From Rhizodiscina lignyota (Eukaryota): 64,000 bases of DNA. The position numbers and the translations under genes are program-made. Under the pieces are notes generated by a model that did no database searches, was not told where the DNA came from, and saw nothing but the letters and a program-made list of their open reading frames with translations. Of the stretch, positions 26,237 to 38,505 are shown piece by piece (position 1 is the first letter of the stretch; each line of letters opens with the position of its first letter). The stretch lies in the NCBI GenBank assembly GCA_010015805.1, contig ML978121.1, positions 1,178,001 through 1,242,000 of the forward strand. Direction: 5' to 3'.

Positions 26237-27379
26237 ATGTCAACAGAAGTTTGGCCGCCAATATCAGCTCCCCAATTGGCAATAGAGGAGGACGCTACAT
26301 TGGTAAATTGCTACATCAGTGTCTGGCTCGGACCAAGACTAACATGCTCTTCGCGAACATAGGCACGCGAGCTCCAATGGCTCCTCGAATCACTCCAGAG
26401 CACACTGCAGTCACTGAAATCCGGACTGGAAGAATGTGCTGCTCTCCTCGCTCCGGTTGAACCGGGCTCGACGCTCGTATTATCGTCCCATCGCTCCGAG
26501 AATGTCAAAGGCACGGTGACCAGAGTGGGCACGAGGGTAGTCAAGGGCGTAAGTGCTTCGCCCAGAAGACGATATTTACGGAATTATAGAACTAAATTAA
26601 CCTCGCCACAGAATGTACAATTGCGACTTCAGACCCTCCCACCACCGCGAGGAGCGCCAGCTTTCCCACTCGTCGTGTCATCTGCGCCTCAGGCTCCCAC
26701 CCTCGTTCTCGACCAAATCGTCTCCGTTCGTACGCTTATCAATTCGTGTCTTGACATTGTGGATGTCAGTACTTGGACCGGCGATGCGAAGAATGCGGAT
26801 TTTATCTCTGGGCAGCTGCGACTGCTGGAAGAGAATATTCGGGAGGCGAAGGGCACGCTGAAGGGCGGGCCAGACATCCCCAACCCATGGTGGGAGGACC
26901 CGCTAGATGAGAATGTACGTATTGCTTATGGACTTCTTGTTGCTAACGCAACGCATGAGCAGCATATAGCTGACGTTGCTTCGCTGCAGATTTTTGACCC
27001 CCCACTACCTCATTATCTATCGGTCAATGTAGCCGTTGCAGAAGCGGCACTCGTGGTCACAATTCGTACCCTCTCCGCATCTTCACCCCAGCCATCGACA
27101 CCAGAGACACATCAGTCAACCTTCGTACCTAATTTCGGCCTACGAGATCGCCTTGCCGTTGCCCTCGGAGCAACGCGACCGCCAACGCATGACGAGATAG
27201 ATCAAACATTTACATTTCGCGGGGAGCAAGTTTCGGTAAAGGAGAAGGTCAGGGTGGAGAGCCAGGATCCTAGCTTAATGGCCGCTCTGGCAAAGCTCAG
27301 TAGTTTGGAGAGGGTAGTTAAAATGAGTAGGCAAGCTCTGGCAATCGTTATGGGGAGAGACACGAGCGATGACGACTAG
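26237..27379 (+). CDS. RAV2: RAVE complex subunit 2 / Rogdi-like
   Basis: MSTEVWPP..ARELQWLL..STLVLSSHRSENVKGTVTRVG, FISGQLRLL and VKEKVRVESQDPSLMA. Introns near 26303, 26549 and 26916. Confidence 0.85.
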
Positions 27380-27880
27380 TATGATAGACGCCATTCACGG
27401 TAGCACGAAATGAAGATTGAGAAAAGGCCCTTTCAATTCTGATGTACAGAAGAAACACAGCAGCATCAGTGAAAAGTGAGACTCGCTAGTGTAGGCTTCC
27501 TCAATGGTACAAAAGGCTGTCCTCGCCGTTTCCGTCGAAGCACCATTCAATGCTGCAAAAAGGCTCATGCCGAATGCCATCTCTCCTCACAAGCATTTAC
27601 ATGCGAAACAAAAAATTGAGACCAGTATGCTCCACCAAGGAAAATGTGGGTCTCGATTCGATGCAAGATATCCGGAACTCCTCTTCTTCTTTTCAACTTT
27701 TGACGAAAAAGGCGAGGATTCAATGATTCCCTCTTCTATCCGCAAAATGATCGAGAGCCGGTAAATTGTATGACCATGTAGACGATGCCCGTGGGGAATT
27801 GTCTAGCCTTGACGACCGTGGCTGCTCATTCATCATTCATCATTTCTCCCTCATCTCTCTGGCCCTCATCTGCCATCACT

Positions 27881-28336
27881 CTACTTTCTCCTGAATGAGC
27901 AGCCCTCCGTCAGCCGAGCCTTGCCTCCCGTCGGTTGGCATAATACTTGTGAGCAGCCGGCGCAGACGACGACGGTTTGGGCGTGTGAGAAGACGGTCGT
28001 GATCGTGAAGCAACCAGGGCACTTGACATCCATGAAGAATGATCGGGGACCGGGTACGAGCGTCTATAAGAATATATTAGGCTTTGTGCGTGTTGGAAGG
28101 ATATTGATAGGGGCAGTTAGGCGTACCTTCAGCTTGTGCTTGCGAGCTTCCGCCTGTGGCGTAGGGTTGAGGAGATCAACGGCGAGAACCTGAAGATAAC
28201 GTTGTTAGACTCATGCTCAACATTGTCGCAATGATATTTGATTCGTTTGATGGATCTTCGTATGTCGTGTGCTTGTTGCATAGGGGGTGTTCGCCACGAG
28301 GAGCGGTCGGAGGTTTGGGGGTCTGAAACTCACCAT
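27881..28336 (-). CDS. RPS27: 40S ribosomal protein S27 (eS27), 82 aa
   Basis: Not in the ORF track. Exons 28336-28334 (ATG only), 28189-28127 and 28063-27881 give [40 protein letters not shown]...[24 protein letters not shown]. Confidence 0.97.
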
Positions 28337-28514
28337 CTTGACGGATTTGAGTCGTTAAAGGTATTGAAGGCGACGGAGAGGTTGTTTCTGAAAGCTTCGA
28401 GGGTAAAGAAGGTATTCAGCGAGCGCTGTGTTGAAGGCGAGGGTGGAGAGAGGTGGTGATTAGAGGAGGGGAGCGGTAATAAGGTTGCAGCAATTTTGCA
28501 CTTTACCGTGTGTG

Positions 28515-28523
28515 TGTCACGTG
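28515..28523. promoter_or_regulatory. GTCACGTG (Cbf1/bHLH E-box-like) element upstream of RPS27
   Basis: TGTCACGTG lies ~180 bp upstream of the RPS27 ATG. CACGTG elements occur in fungal ribosomal-protein promoters. Confidence 0.4.
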
Positions 28524-29994
28524 TTTTTCGTGGTTCGTGCGCAACTCTGGAAGCGACTTCGAGACTTCCTGCCTCCCGCGCAGCCTCATTTCTATTTCGA
28601 TGACAACAACACATTTGACTCACCATGCCACAATTAATTAAACTCTACTCAGTGCACCAATAGTCCTGACTCATTTTCAGAGGCTGTGCTTCGTATGATC
28701 GATTTCGAGTGATTGAAACCCTCCCCGGCGAAGAGAGTAACTCGGAAAGCGCGGATCGAAATTGCTTGTTTGGTGTCCGGCCACGACAGCTGCTAAAGAG
28801 ATAGGTGATCATGGAAATTATTTGCTGCCTCCCTACCCATATCCCTCATCCTACTCACTTTGGGGCCTGCAAGTGGATGGAAGCCCATTTTGATATGGAG
28901 AGCGCAGACTTCGACAGTGAAAAGGCTGGCGTCGACGAAGGCTGTAACCACTCAAGGCGAGGAGGAGTGAAATTATATTTGAAAGCTGAATTCTACGTAC
29001 TTTGTGTATTATAACAGTAACAGACTCGTTGAAACAACTTGTGCTATGTTATGGAGGCTCACACTAAAGCCGCCGAGCAAACTGCAAACACATGTGGGTG
29101 GCAGCTCTTACACTTCAAGGCAGGTGAGAGTATCTCTGAAAGCTCAGTTATGTGCTCTTTGGAGTGTGCTAAATAATAGCGAGCCATTGGAAAACTTGCA
29201 CTCTTTATCGATCATAGATGATCCACATAATTGCTGTTCATCGTCTTGAAAGCTGCGACCAAAAAGTTGGTCATCCTTGAGGAGGACGCCTACAGTGCAG
29301 GCCAGGCGATCGCTTCGTGTTCGACAAAATAAAGGGAGGGTGAAGCAGGGTCTTCGGCCAAGCGTGCACCGAACAACTTCAACCCCCTTGGCTTAAGCTT
29401 GAAAACTCGCAGACTCGTGGTATTCACATTCGAATCTGCTACCATGAAGGTTTATCTTTCAATTTATTGTATAAGCGATCTACTTCTTTGACCCCACGAA
29501 GCAGACTTCAGAGGGAGATCGAAGTTACTCTAGTCTTCATTAATTGCCCAGGAGAGTTTGCGCTTAACGACTTATGCCAGGCCTTCGGTGTCTCGTGGTA
29601 TGATGTCACACTGCAACGGTAGCATTTGATTCCATCTGTCGACACTCGAACCTTGCATATTTGGATTCAATCTCTTTGGGTAGTCACTAAATGACTCGCA
29701 GGATCATGGACCGTATAGCGAAGCGGAGAAACTGTCAGCGACGGCGCTGAGCGGACGAGAACCCGCAAGCTGGTACCATTTATCCATTGAGGGCCATGAT
29801 CGTCTTTCGTCCCCTCTCCTATGCTTCCTACTTGCCAGAATCCTTCTAGCGCTGTCCACTAACCGTGCTGCTCACGATGAAGGTATACTTGAAAATGAGA
29901 TACAAGGTCGCAAGTCCGCCCTGGAGGTGCACTGCATACCAATTGTTATTCAAAGTCACTTCGAGCATTGCGTTTCAAAGACTTGCGTTTCGAT

Positions 29995-31187
29995 ATGTCA
30001 AGATTTTTCCTCTTCCTTTCCGCCGCTACGGTGATTTCATTTGTATGCGCTTCGTTGGAGAAGAGCGACTCATGGAACCTTGGTCACATGAAATCTCTGG
30101 TCACATTTGGCGATTCATATACAGACATAGAGCGTCTGTCTTATTTGATCAATCATAACGGAAGCCTTCCACCCATCGGATGGGTCCAGCCGCAGGTAGG
30201 TTTCGACCAACTGGTGTATCCGGAAAGAGTTTCGTCTCTGACTAATGCTCATCGAACAGACATCTCCTGCCTCTGATGGAGGTCGCTCGTGGCCGGAATA
30301 CGTATCACAGTACACAGGATGCAATCTCTATGACTACGCGGTTGCTGGGGCGGTTTGCTCCAACAACATAACGCCGAAGTACTTCGACGCTATTCACCGC
30401 AACATGCCCACCGTATTGGAGTACGAGGTGCCTACGTATCTTACTGAAAGTAAGCTCATTACGAACGGCACGGAGTTCCTTGACATTCCTGCATCAGAAA
30501 CAGTCTACTCCATTTGGATCGGAACGAATGACCTTGGAGAATACGCTCTGTTAACAGACTCACAAGTGCCCGGAACGAATATGGTCGACTTTGTAGATTG
30601 CGTATACAATTCTCTAGACGGGGTCTACAACAACGGCGGACGATACTTTGTTATCATGAACATCGGACCATTGCAACTCAGTCCGGAATTTGGCTTTCCC
30701 TGGAACGGAGCAGTGGGCGAGAACCATTACTGGCCCGACAAGCCGAGCAACATCACTCAAATAGCATTCCGTATGTGGGAGAGCGTGGTCATGGTAAACG
30801 ACGACTTCAAATACCGCACACCATTTGAAGTCCTCATCTCGAAGCGATATGCAGGCGCAAATTTTGCAGTCATGGACACGTACGGCCTGGTAAGTCCAAG
30901 TCCATTGAGAATGTCAGCCACAGAAAGCGGGCAGACTGGCTAATAGTGAATTGCAGATTTCAGACATGTGGCATAATCCCTCGGCGTATCTGAATGGGAC
31001 CGCTCCGCTGAACGTGACCGGCTTCGAAACTTACTGCCCGGCAAACCAGACTTGCACGATTCAGAATGCTGATTCATACCTGTGGTATGACGAGGTTCAC
31101 CCATCTGAGCAAGCATTCCGGAAAGTTGCAGAGGAGTTCGTTCGAGTGGTGCAGGGAACAAGCGTTTGGGCCACTTATTGGGGATGA
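29995..31187 (+). CDS. Secreted GDSL/SGNH esterase (CE16-like acetylesterase)
   Basis: Signal peptide MSRFFLFLSAATVISFVCA, FGDSYTD, YAVAGAVCS, IWIGTND and WYDEVHPS. Introns ~30196-30258 and ~30890-30956. Confidence 0.9.
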
Positions 31188-31278
31188 TAATTTCCGTGTC
31201 AGCGAGACTAGTCCCATGTCATGTGCAATTTCAGCTCTCTTGGACGAGGAGTAGAGCTAGACGAGCGTAGCCGTAGTG

Positions 31279-32140
31279 CTAATTCTTAAGCCATTCATCA
31301 AACCATCGGATGGCCTGGAAGTATGCACTTTCCATCGCAAACTTCTTTCTCTTGTCGCTCAGATCCGTGCGGACTGCAAAGCCGTGCTCGACGGCGCCGT
31401 ACAGTGTCAGCTGATAAGGTACACCGAGCTTCAGAAGGATCTCCTCGCTTTCATGACGGTTCTCGGGGCTCATGACGTGATCGATTTCCGCGGCAGCAAT
31501 GCTCAAAGGCCCCCGAATGGCTTTCAGCTCCTCCCGCACGACCAAACTCGGATGCGCGATGAAGCCAGCATCGAGACCTTTGCCCTCTGCAAGGAAGCGT
31601 ACCACGTACTTCCCGCCGAAGCAGTAGCCCACAGCACCAATTTTCTTGACGCCAAATTCGCTTCGCATCGCTTTAATGGCGGCGTCGACGATGGAGTCTA
31701 TCTGCTCCTTCGGGTGCTTTGGCAGCCACTTCTGAAAGTCAAAAGTCGCGCCAGGGGAGAAGGCATCTGTTGGAACGGGGTCGCCGTGGAAGATGTCAGG
31801 CATGACTACAAAGTAGCCTGCATGAGCCATACTATCGGCGAGGCTATTTCGACAGTTAGCGTCCATCTCCGTCGTGTGGGATAGACTGAAAGGCGAAGCT
31901 TATACAGTCGGTTGTTCACAAATTGCATGCCGAAGGCGTCACAAATGTAAACAATTCCATATTCGGTCTTCTTATCGGGAGGATACGACAGATATGTCTC
32001 AGCTAGTGGCTGTTAGAGCCGTTTATGGGAAGTCCTCTATGCAATGGCTTACTTCCGGCGATGTCTTTGAACTCTCCAATCGACTCGCCGTCATGCATCA
32101 CTCCGCTGATGCAGCAGGATCCAGGGGCCTTTGAAGTCAT
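31279..32140 (-). CDS. Dienelactone hydrolase family protein
   Basis: N-terminal PGSCCISGVMHDG, GAVGYCFGG nucleophile elbow, AHPS and HGFAVR. Two introns in 31850-32050. Confidence 0.9.
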
Positions 32141-32806
32141 TGTTGCAAGACAGTTCGTTCAGATGAAAGGCCTCAGAATTCGACTTCAATTCAGAGTTAA
32201 ATCTGAGGCCGTACAAGACGATGACTCATTTCGAGGTATGCATCAGGAAGGGAACGAGCTGAGATGAAGAATGCTTCCACAAATGAGAGCCGAGTACTTT
32301 CGTCCGGTTTCGGCAAAGACTACATGTATCGATGGAGCCACCTTCAAACAAGATAATGACACTGGTATGGATTCCTGTTTATCGTTTTCCATCAACGCTA
32401 CTGCCAATATCTCAGAATAGACTCAACTCACTGCGTTGGTGAATTTTATGAATTTACGAACCGTCTCACCAACTGTTGCGGCATGTAGAGGAAAGTTGGC
32501 GACTTGCACAGTGACCACTAGCTCTTCCAGCCGAGTACGTGGTGACGATGGAGCGGTACTATCCCATAGAGGCGAACAGTATATACCATCAATTACTTCC
32601 AGAGGATAACGTATGTACAGCCCAAGTTGCCTTGCAGTTCACATCCCTTCTCTCAGCTCAGCCCAAACTGACGCCGCGATCATAGGGGCGCATCATCTGC
32701 ACGGGTAGCAGTCGCATCTCTTTGTGAGAGAGCTTCCAATGATGTCACTGGAAGTTGCCGAGTCCCAGTTTCATCTCAATAGACACGTCGAACCCTCAGG
32801 AAGCTT

Positions 32807-34173
32807 TCAGCGAGGAAATACCTCCTTCATCGCGGCTTGGAAGACCCCGACGTTGTAGTCGATTAGTGCCTTCTTATCCGACGGGCTGTCGTCGCCCATG
32901 AGACATATTAGAGCCAGATACCTGCATCACCAGTCAGCTCTCATATTTACATCCTTGAGTGGTCGGATGATATCGACATACTTGTTTATCTCCCTGAGAT
33001 ACAGGTAATTATTGCCCTTCCTCTCCATCGTGATCAAGCTCTCCGCATCCTGATTTCCAGTCTCCTCAACTGCCACCGCCTCACCAGGAATAGCCTCGTC
33101 TCCGCGACCATAGCTGCTTTTTTCTATCAGATTCCGATCCCAGCCGTAGATTTCGCTCACATCGACTACAACATCAATGTAGTCGGAGCATATCTCGTAG
33201 CTTGAGCTGTCTGTCGGACTCGTATCAGTGGCGATGTAGATCTTGCTCAGGACATCAAAGAGATAAGCCTTCTCGATCCGGCAATTACTGCAAAGTGAGT
33301 TGAGCAAGCTCTCCAAGGTCGGAAGTTCTGGTATCAGCTTCTGAATGACTTTACTGAAAGCTTCGAAGATCGAATGGTCGTATATGCTCGTCTGGTAGAA
33401 GCTCACCGGCGCATTTTCGTAACCGGCATCGCTGAGCTCATCTTGCACACGTTGGATGATGTCGCGAAATGTGTCGCTTCTGTAGTCGTCGCTTAGCCCG
33501 TCTACCTTGTGCACAAATACCTCCACGTTGATTGCGGGATAGTGTTGCTGTAGGTTGAGGATGGTGGTGTTGAGGCGGGCTATGGCGTCGAGGTACTCAT
33601 CTTGGGCGTCGATGACCCAAATAAGAGCACCAATCTCGTCGAAGATGTTTTCGGTGTCGAATGCGGGATCGAAATAGTCAACATGCCCTGGGAAATCCCA
33701 CACTTGAAAGTCCATGAAGGAGCTAACAGAGAGTTAGTAAGCCATGTGCATAAAACATGACAAGGCCGAACTAACTGCATGGATTCCTTCTTTATCCTGG
33801 TTGTGGTTTCAAGATAGAGTGTTTCGCTCGGAGGAAGCTTGTGGAAGACAACGCTTGAGATTGATGACTTTCCGCTTCTGCGTTTCAAAAACATAAGTAC
33901 TGATTCTATGTTGGCAACCACATAATATTACCTTCTCTGGCCCATCAATAATAACCTTGGTTTGTTGTCTCCGATCTTGCCATTTGGTAATCTCCCTGTA
34001 TGGTATCGAGGTACGAGTGGACTCGAAGGTGTATCTGCATCTTGGAGGTCCTGAAAGTAGCGTTCAAGAGTTAACCTTGCACCTGGCTGGAACTGCTGCA
34101 ACGGCTGTTCGTGCTGATTTGATTCACTAGTGGAATCGCCTCGAACTGCATCAGACGGGCTTGGGGACGCCAT
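32807..34173 (-). CDS. GTR2: Rag GTPase Gtr2/RagC-D
   Basis: LLLMGQRR-SGKSSISSVVFHK, ETLYLETT, WDFPG, FVHKVDGL, TSIYDHSIFEAFSK and C-terminal ALIDYNVGVF. Three introns. Confidence 0.95.
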
Positions 34174-36147
34174 GAGGAACAAACAAAGGCAAAATGACGG
34201 AGAGGTAAACAAAGACAGTTCAAGGAAAGGATGTCGTGCACCAAGCTCCAGGATGCTATCGCTCCAGGATTATTGCTGCCTCCTCCGTTGAAGTGGATTC
34301 TGGGCTCCCCATGGCAGATCGTTGACGATGTCGAGTTGAGGTGGATCAAAGTCAAGCTACAGCACGCGACCAGTCGGTGCGAGCATGTGATGATTTGTGC
34401 GGCGGATATGGGAAAGTGAGGAAGTCGCGAGACTGCACAAGGGGCCCAGTCAAGAGTTGGGAGTGCAAAGGACTAATTTCAAGAAATAAGGTGTTGGTGA
34501 TTCACCACTAGTGCAAGCAACGTTCCACGAGGCTTCCCGCGCGGCGATTTGCTCGATTGGGTCGAATCAAGTTGCAGTTGCAGATTGATTGGGTAGCACT
34601 CGCTCCCGGACAGCCGGCCGTGAGGCTGTAAATTCGCGAATGCGGAGTGGGTGAGTGCCTGGTTGAGTGGAGGCTCTGGGATGTGCTGCGACGTCGATCC
34701 TTGGGCCGATGATGCGAGGGAACCAACCTAAGGAGGCGGCAGCCACGAGATCACCATCCCACCGCCAGTATGATGGAAAGTTGAGGCAGCCGGTCCAGAT
34801 CGGTAAAAAGCTGCGTAGGGCTGAGGCGTATGCAGGGTCGCTCTTGCTTGGGATTGCGTGGTGCCGCGTGGGACGAAATCTCGGTGGGAAAAAAGCAAAA
34901 GGGAGTGATGAAGCTTGACACCCGAGCGGCGAGCCGCGCAGGAGGAAATCTGGCTTACCATTCTCTCTATTAAACAGCGTACCTGGCGCACCTCCACGCC
35001 CAGTCGGTGGCAGCAAATGCTGCCCAATCTGCCGAGAAACGACAAACGTCGAACAAGCAAAGGGTCAAGCCGGGTGTGGCAGCGTGGCCGGAGCAAGGGG
35101 AGCGGAGCAACAACTCCCACTCGTGCCTTCCGCAGTGCCAGTCGTTCCTGCTCCTGGCCAGCTTCTTCTCGTGCCTTCGGACTGAGTCGGTGGGCGTGCG
35201 GCAGCAGGATGAGACGCAAATGCCGTGCTGCTGTCTTGGGGCCGAGGGGAGGGCCTGAGAGAGGCTCTCGCTGCGCTGTCTTGCGACTCCAGGGCCGGCT
35301 TCACGCCGAGGATGACGTTCGGGCGCTGGCAAAATGAGCAGGGAGAATGCGCTGGCGAGGACAGACGCACGCCGGCGGGTCAGAGTGCTCTGGCTGTGGC
35401 GGAGCGCGGAAAAGCTGTGGTGAGCACGAAGGCGTTTACAGGTGGATGAGATGAGGTTACGCTGCAACTACGAAGGGTCTTTCGCGCGCCAGCGTGCATT
35501 ATCGATAGCCGCGAAGCAAGCTCCGCCGGTACCTAGCTACGTGCAACGCTGCACCGCGTCACCCAGACGCCATCGCTGCCATGGCACTGCGCGCATGTGA
35601 TGATACGGACTGCTCTGTCCTCGCACTGAGAACGGAAGTTGTACGGACGCCAGGATTGCCCCATATGACGGGGTGGAACGCAAAAACAACACACGAGCGC
35701 ATCCTAGCCGCACAGCGTCAAAAAATCCAGAAAATGACGCAGCTTCGCAGCGGAAATAAGCCCTCCGCAGCGGCACTAATGACTCGGCACTGGATAAATT
35801 GACCGCTACTCGACCCTCTGCGCAGCGCCACCATGCACTGCTCATCCAAAGGATTTCGAAGTCGTTCCTGAATTTCTAATTCGGCCTATCCCGACGAATG
35901 GGCGACAGGTGGACCGGGCCGCACCCTGGCTCTCTCACCGAAAACGAAGGCCAACCAGCATCCGCGACACGCTCCATTTGTGCTAGAATTGGGCATCCTA
36001 AGAACAGTACATGAAGCCCACTCCCGACCACTTTGACCGCCAGACAAAGCAAACGCGGAGCTTGCCACCCGCGACCGGTATCCGACAATCCCAACGCCAT
36101 TACCAGAGCGAATTATACCCTACCAAACGCCGAAAATCCAGGAACCA

Positions 36148-37404
36148 TCAGCCTTTGACATCCTTGCTGCCGACCAGCGCATCCACATACTCGTATACCT
36201 CTTCAGGCTTTTCAAAGATGTAGTAGATATCGTTCGGCACACCCTTGAAAGCCTTCTCGAACCGCTCGTCGCTGTTCTTTTCCGTCTCGTCGATTTCCGC
36301 TACTCCAGTCACCTTCCGGATGAATATCTTCCCAATCCATGACGGGTCTCGTCTGTACATCTCGGCATACGCTTCCGGGTCACTCTGCGTGCTGTCACCG
36401 AGGCAGACGAATTTTCGATTCGGGAACCACTTATGCACCTTCATCATTCTGTCGACCTTGTATGCTTGCGTGCCTTGAGTCAGACTCGCTAGGAAGCCGC
36501 CCAGGTTCATCCAGCTGGCGTCGCGCAGAATGAGAGTCCCAGCTGGGTAGTACTGCTCGCGGAACTCTCGCAAGAATGGGTACAGATTGTACGGAGATGC
36601 GGAGAGATACCAGAACGGTGGGTTTGACAGCTTCTCGTTGAGATGCTTGTAGAGCTCTGGCATGCCCGTGATTGGCGTGAATGGCTCGGCGAATGTAGTC
36701 TTCAAGATGCCAACGGGCGAAGAAGTCATGGTGAGCTTGATAGTATCGTCAATGTCGCTGATAACCGCCCAGCCGCTGGGTTCAGCGAAAGTTGTCCGGC
36801 ACGGAGTTGCTGATTGTATGCCGACTGCATTGAAAACCCTCGTGTCTCCGTCTGCACGGTCATCCCAGATGTTTACCAGTTGGCTGCTAATCCCATTCTC
36901 ATCACTGGGACCAAGCTGGGTTGAGCCGTTTGGATTGATATCAACTGAAACGGTATGCGCCGGCAGAATTGAATCCAGCAAAGGCTGCAGTCGTTCGGCG
37001 ATAGTCTTCTCTTGCGCATCTCCGGCACCTATGCCAATCTTCTCCGCCACGTCTGCAGCAATCTTGCTGACATCTTCTCCGCTGTTCTTAATGAAGTATG
37101 CTATGACGAACTCGGCTTCCCACTGCTCTGCATCTGCGTGCGGCGGACGATACGCGGTATTATCCAGCAACCAGACACTGTCTTTCGCAGGGTCGACGCG
37201 ATGATGGATAGGGTTCTTCTGGCCGAGCCAGGAAGTGAATGTATCGATGAGGTCCGCCCGTCGTCGCGATGGGAGGGCAGGCATCGTCGCTTCGAATTCG
37301 GGGAACTTATTGTGGGCGCGAAAGTCTTTCTCCTCTTGCGTCTCTTCGTGAAGCTGGCGCGCATGCGGATACGCATCTGCCAGATTCCCTGCGAGAGACG
37401 CCAT
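36148..37404 (-). CDS. APP1: Phosphatidate phosphatase App1-like (HAD/LNS2-type)
   Basis: VISDIDDTIK catalytic motif, YLSASPYNLYP, GDSTQSDPEAY and IFIRKV. Confidence 0.85.
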   Translation of the reverse strand: MASLAGNLADAYPHARQLHEETQEEKDFRAHNKFPEFEATMPALPSRRRADLIDTFTSWLGQKNPIHHRVDPAKDSVWLLDNTAYRPPHADAEQWEAEFVIAYFIKNSGEDVSKIAADVAEKIGIGAGDAQEKTIAERLQPLLDSILPAHTVSVDINPNGSTQLGPSDENGISSQLVNIWDDRADGDTRVFNAVGIQSATPCRTTFAEPSGWAVISDIDDTIKLTMTSSPVGILKTTFAEPFTPITGMPELYKHLNEKLSNPPFWYLSASPYNLYPFLREFREQYYPAGTLILRDASWMNLGGFLASLTQGTQAYKVDRMMKVHKWFPNRKFVCLGDSTQSDPEAYAEMYRRDPSWIGKIFIRKVTGVAEIDETEKNSDERFEKAFKGVPNDIYYIFEKPEEVYEYVDALVGSKDVKG

Positions 37405-38505
37405 CTTCGTTTTAAATCGCGGCGCTGTACTTTCTGTGGCTTGTGAGGTCTTCAGGTGGGGCTCAGAATCGAGTCAGAGAAGTCAGAAGGTGAGTGCACA
37501 GCTCTAGGCAGAGATGGAAATAGGCAGATGATGAACAGGAAGTTGAGCACGCGGTGATGGCGAAGCAGAGACAGTACTGCCGGGAGAGAGGGGGAATATG
37601 ACCTGCTCGTTAAAGTCATGTTGGAGCGGAGGGCGAATAAGAGCTGAGCGCAGCTGCGTCGTGTGCTGCAGGGAAAAAGGCGCGAAGCACGAGGACAGCC
37701 GCACATTCGAGCTGAAGACCAGGCCTGAAGAGAGACAAAAGTGCCCATGGAATGTGCATATTTACCTGAATGATCAGCCGCAGTGCTCAGCTTGCCAGAG
37801 CAGAGAACACGGTGAGAAGTGTCTTTTGACTTCAGTCAAGAAGGGGCTTTCCTCCACGTCCAGCATCTGAGGTCGCTTCTTAGCGCAAATTTAGCGCGAC
37901 GCTGTGCCGAGAGCAGCATCTTAAAGGATAGTCGTGTAATAGACAGATAAATGCTTATCATTTCTTCTTTTAATTCTCTAGAAGCTTCTCAGTACTCAGA
38001 AATAGAGGCAACGCAGGTTGCTGGTAAATATGCCACCAAAAATGTACGCTTGTGACGCTGTTTTGTGAGAGCCTTCCCCCCGCCGTGCTAAGAGCACGGC
38101 TTCATGTTTGCTTAGAGCGCCTATGTAATGCACCGAACAATAGCAAGGTCTACCCCTGCTGTCGCAGGTGCCATTCTAGGACTTCTAATAGTAGAAAGTG
38201 CAATTACTACTATCTATACTATAAACGAGTGACGAGGTATAAGATAGACGGCATCTTTATTGACAACGAATTTCACGATATAATGTTCAAAACAGGGCAA
38301 ATTCGAAAGTTTTGGCAACAAAGAGCCTGAATATGAAGATGTAGAGTCCCAAGCGAGTGAAGGGCCCTCGAGCTGTTTATATACACGAAATTGAGCTGTA
38401 TTGCAGCATTGCTGCCTCCGAAAGATGCCGCTGCGTCTGTCCTTGAGTCACTTCAGAAACTAGTGACCCGCTCGTCGACATTTATCTCCACCAACTTTTC
38501 TAATA

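Noticed and set aside
34450..36100. Telomerase RNA or RNase P/MRP candidate
   Set aside because: No TAACCCTAA-type template and no convincing RNase P/MRP conserved regions were seen on either strand.
36662..37204. 180-aa + strand ORF (and similar ones at 31276-31884, 40004-40717, 60553-61047)
   Set aside because: Antisense shadows of well-supported genes on the opposite strand, with no motifs.
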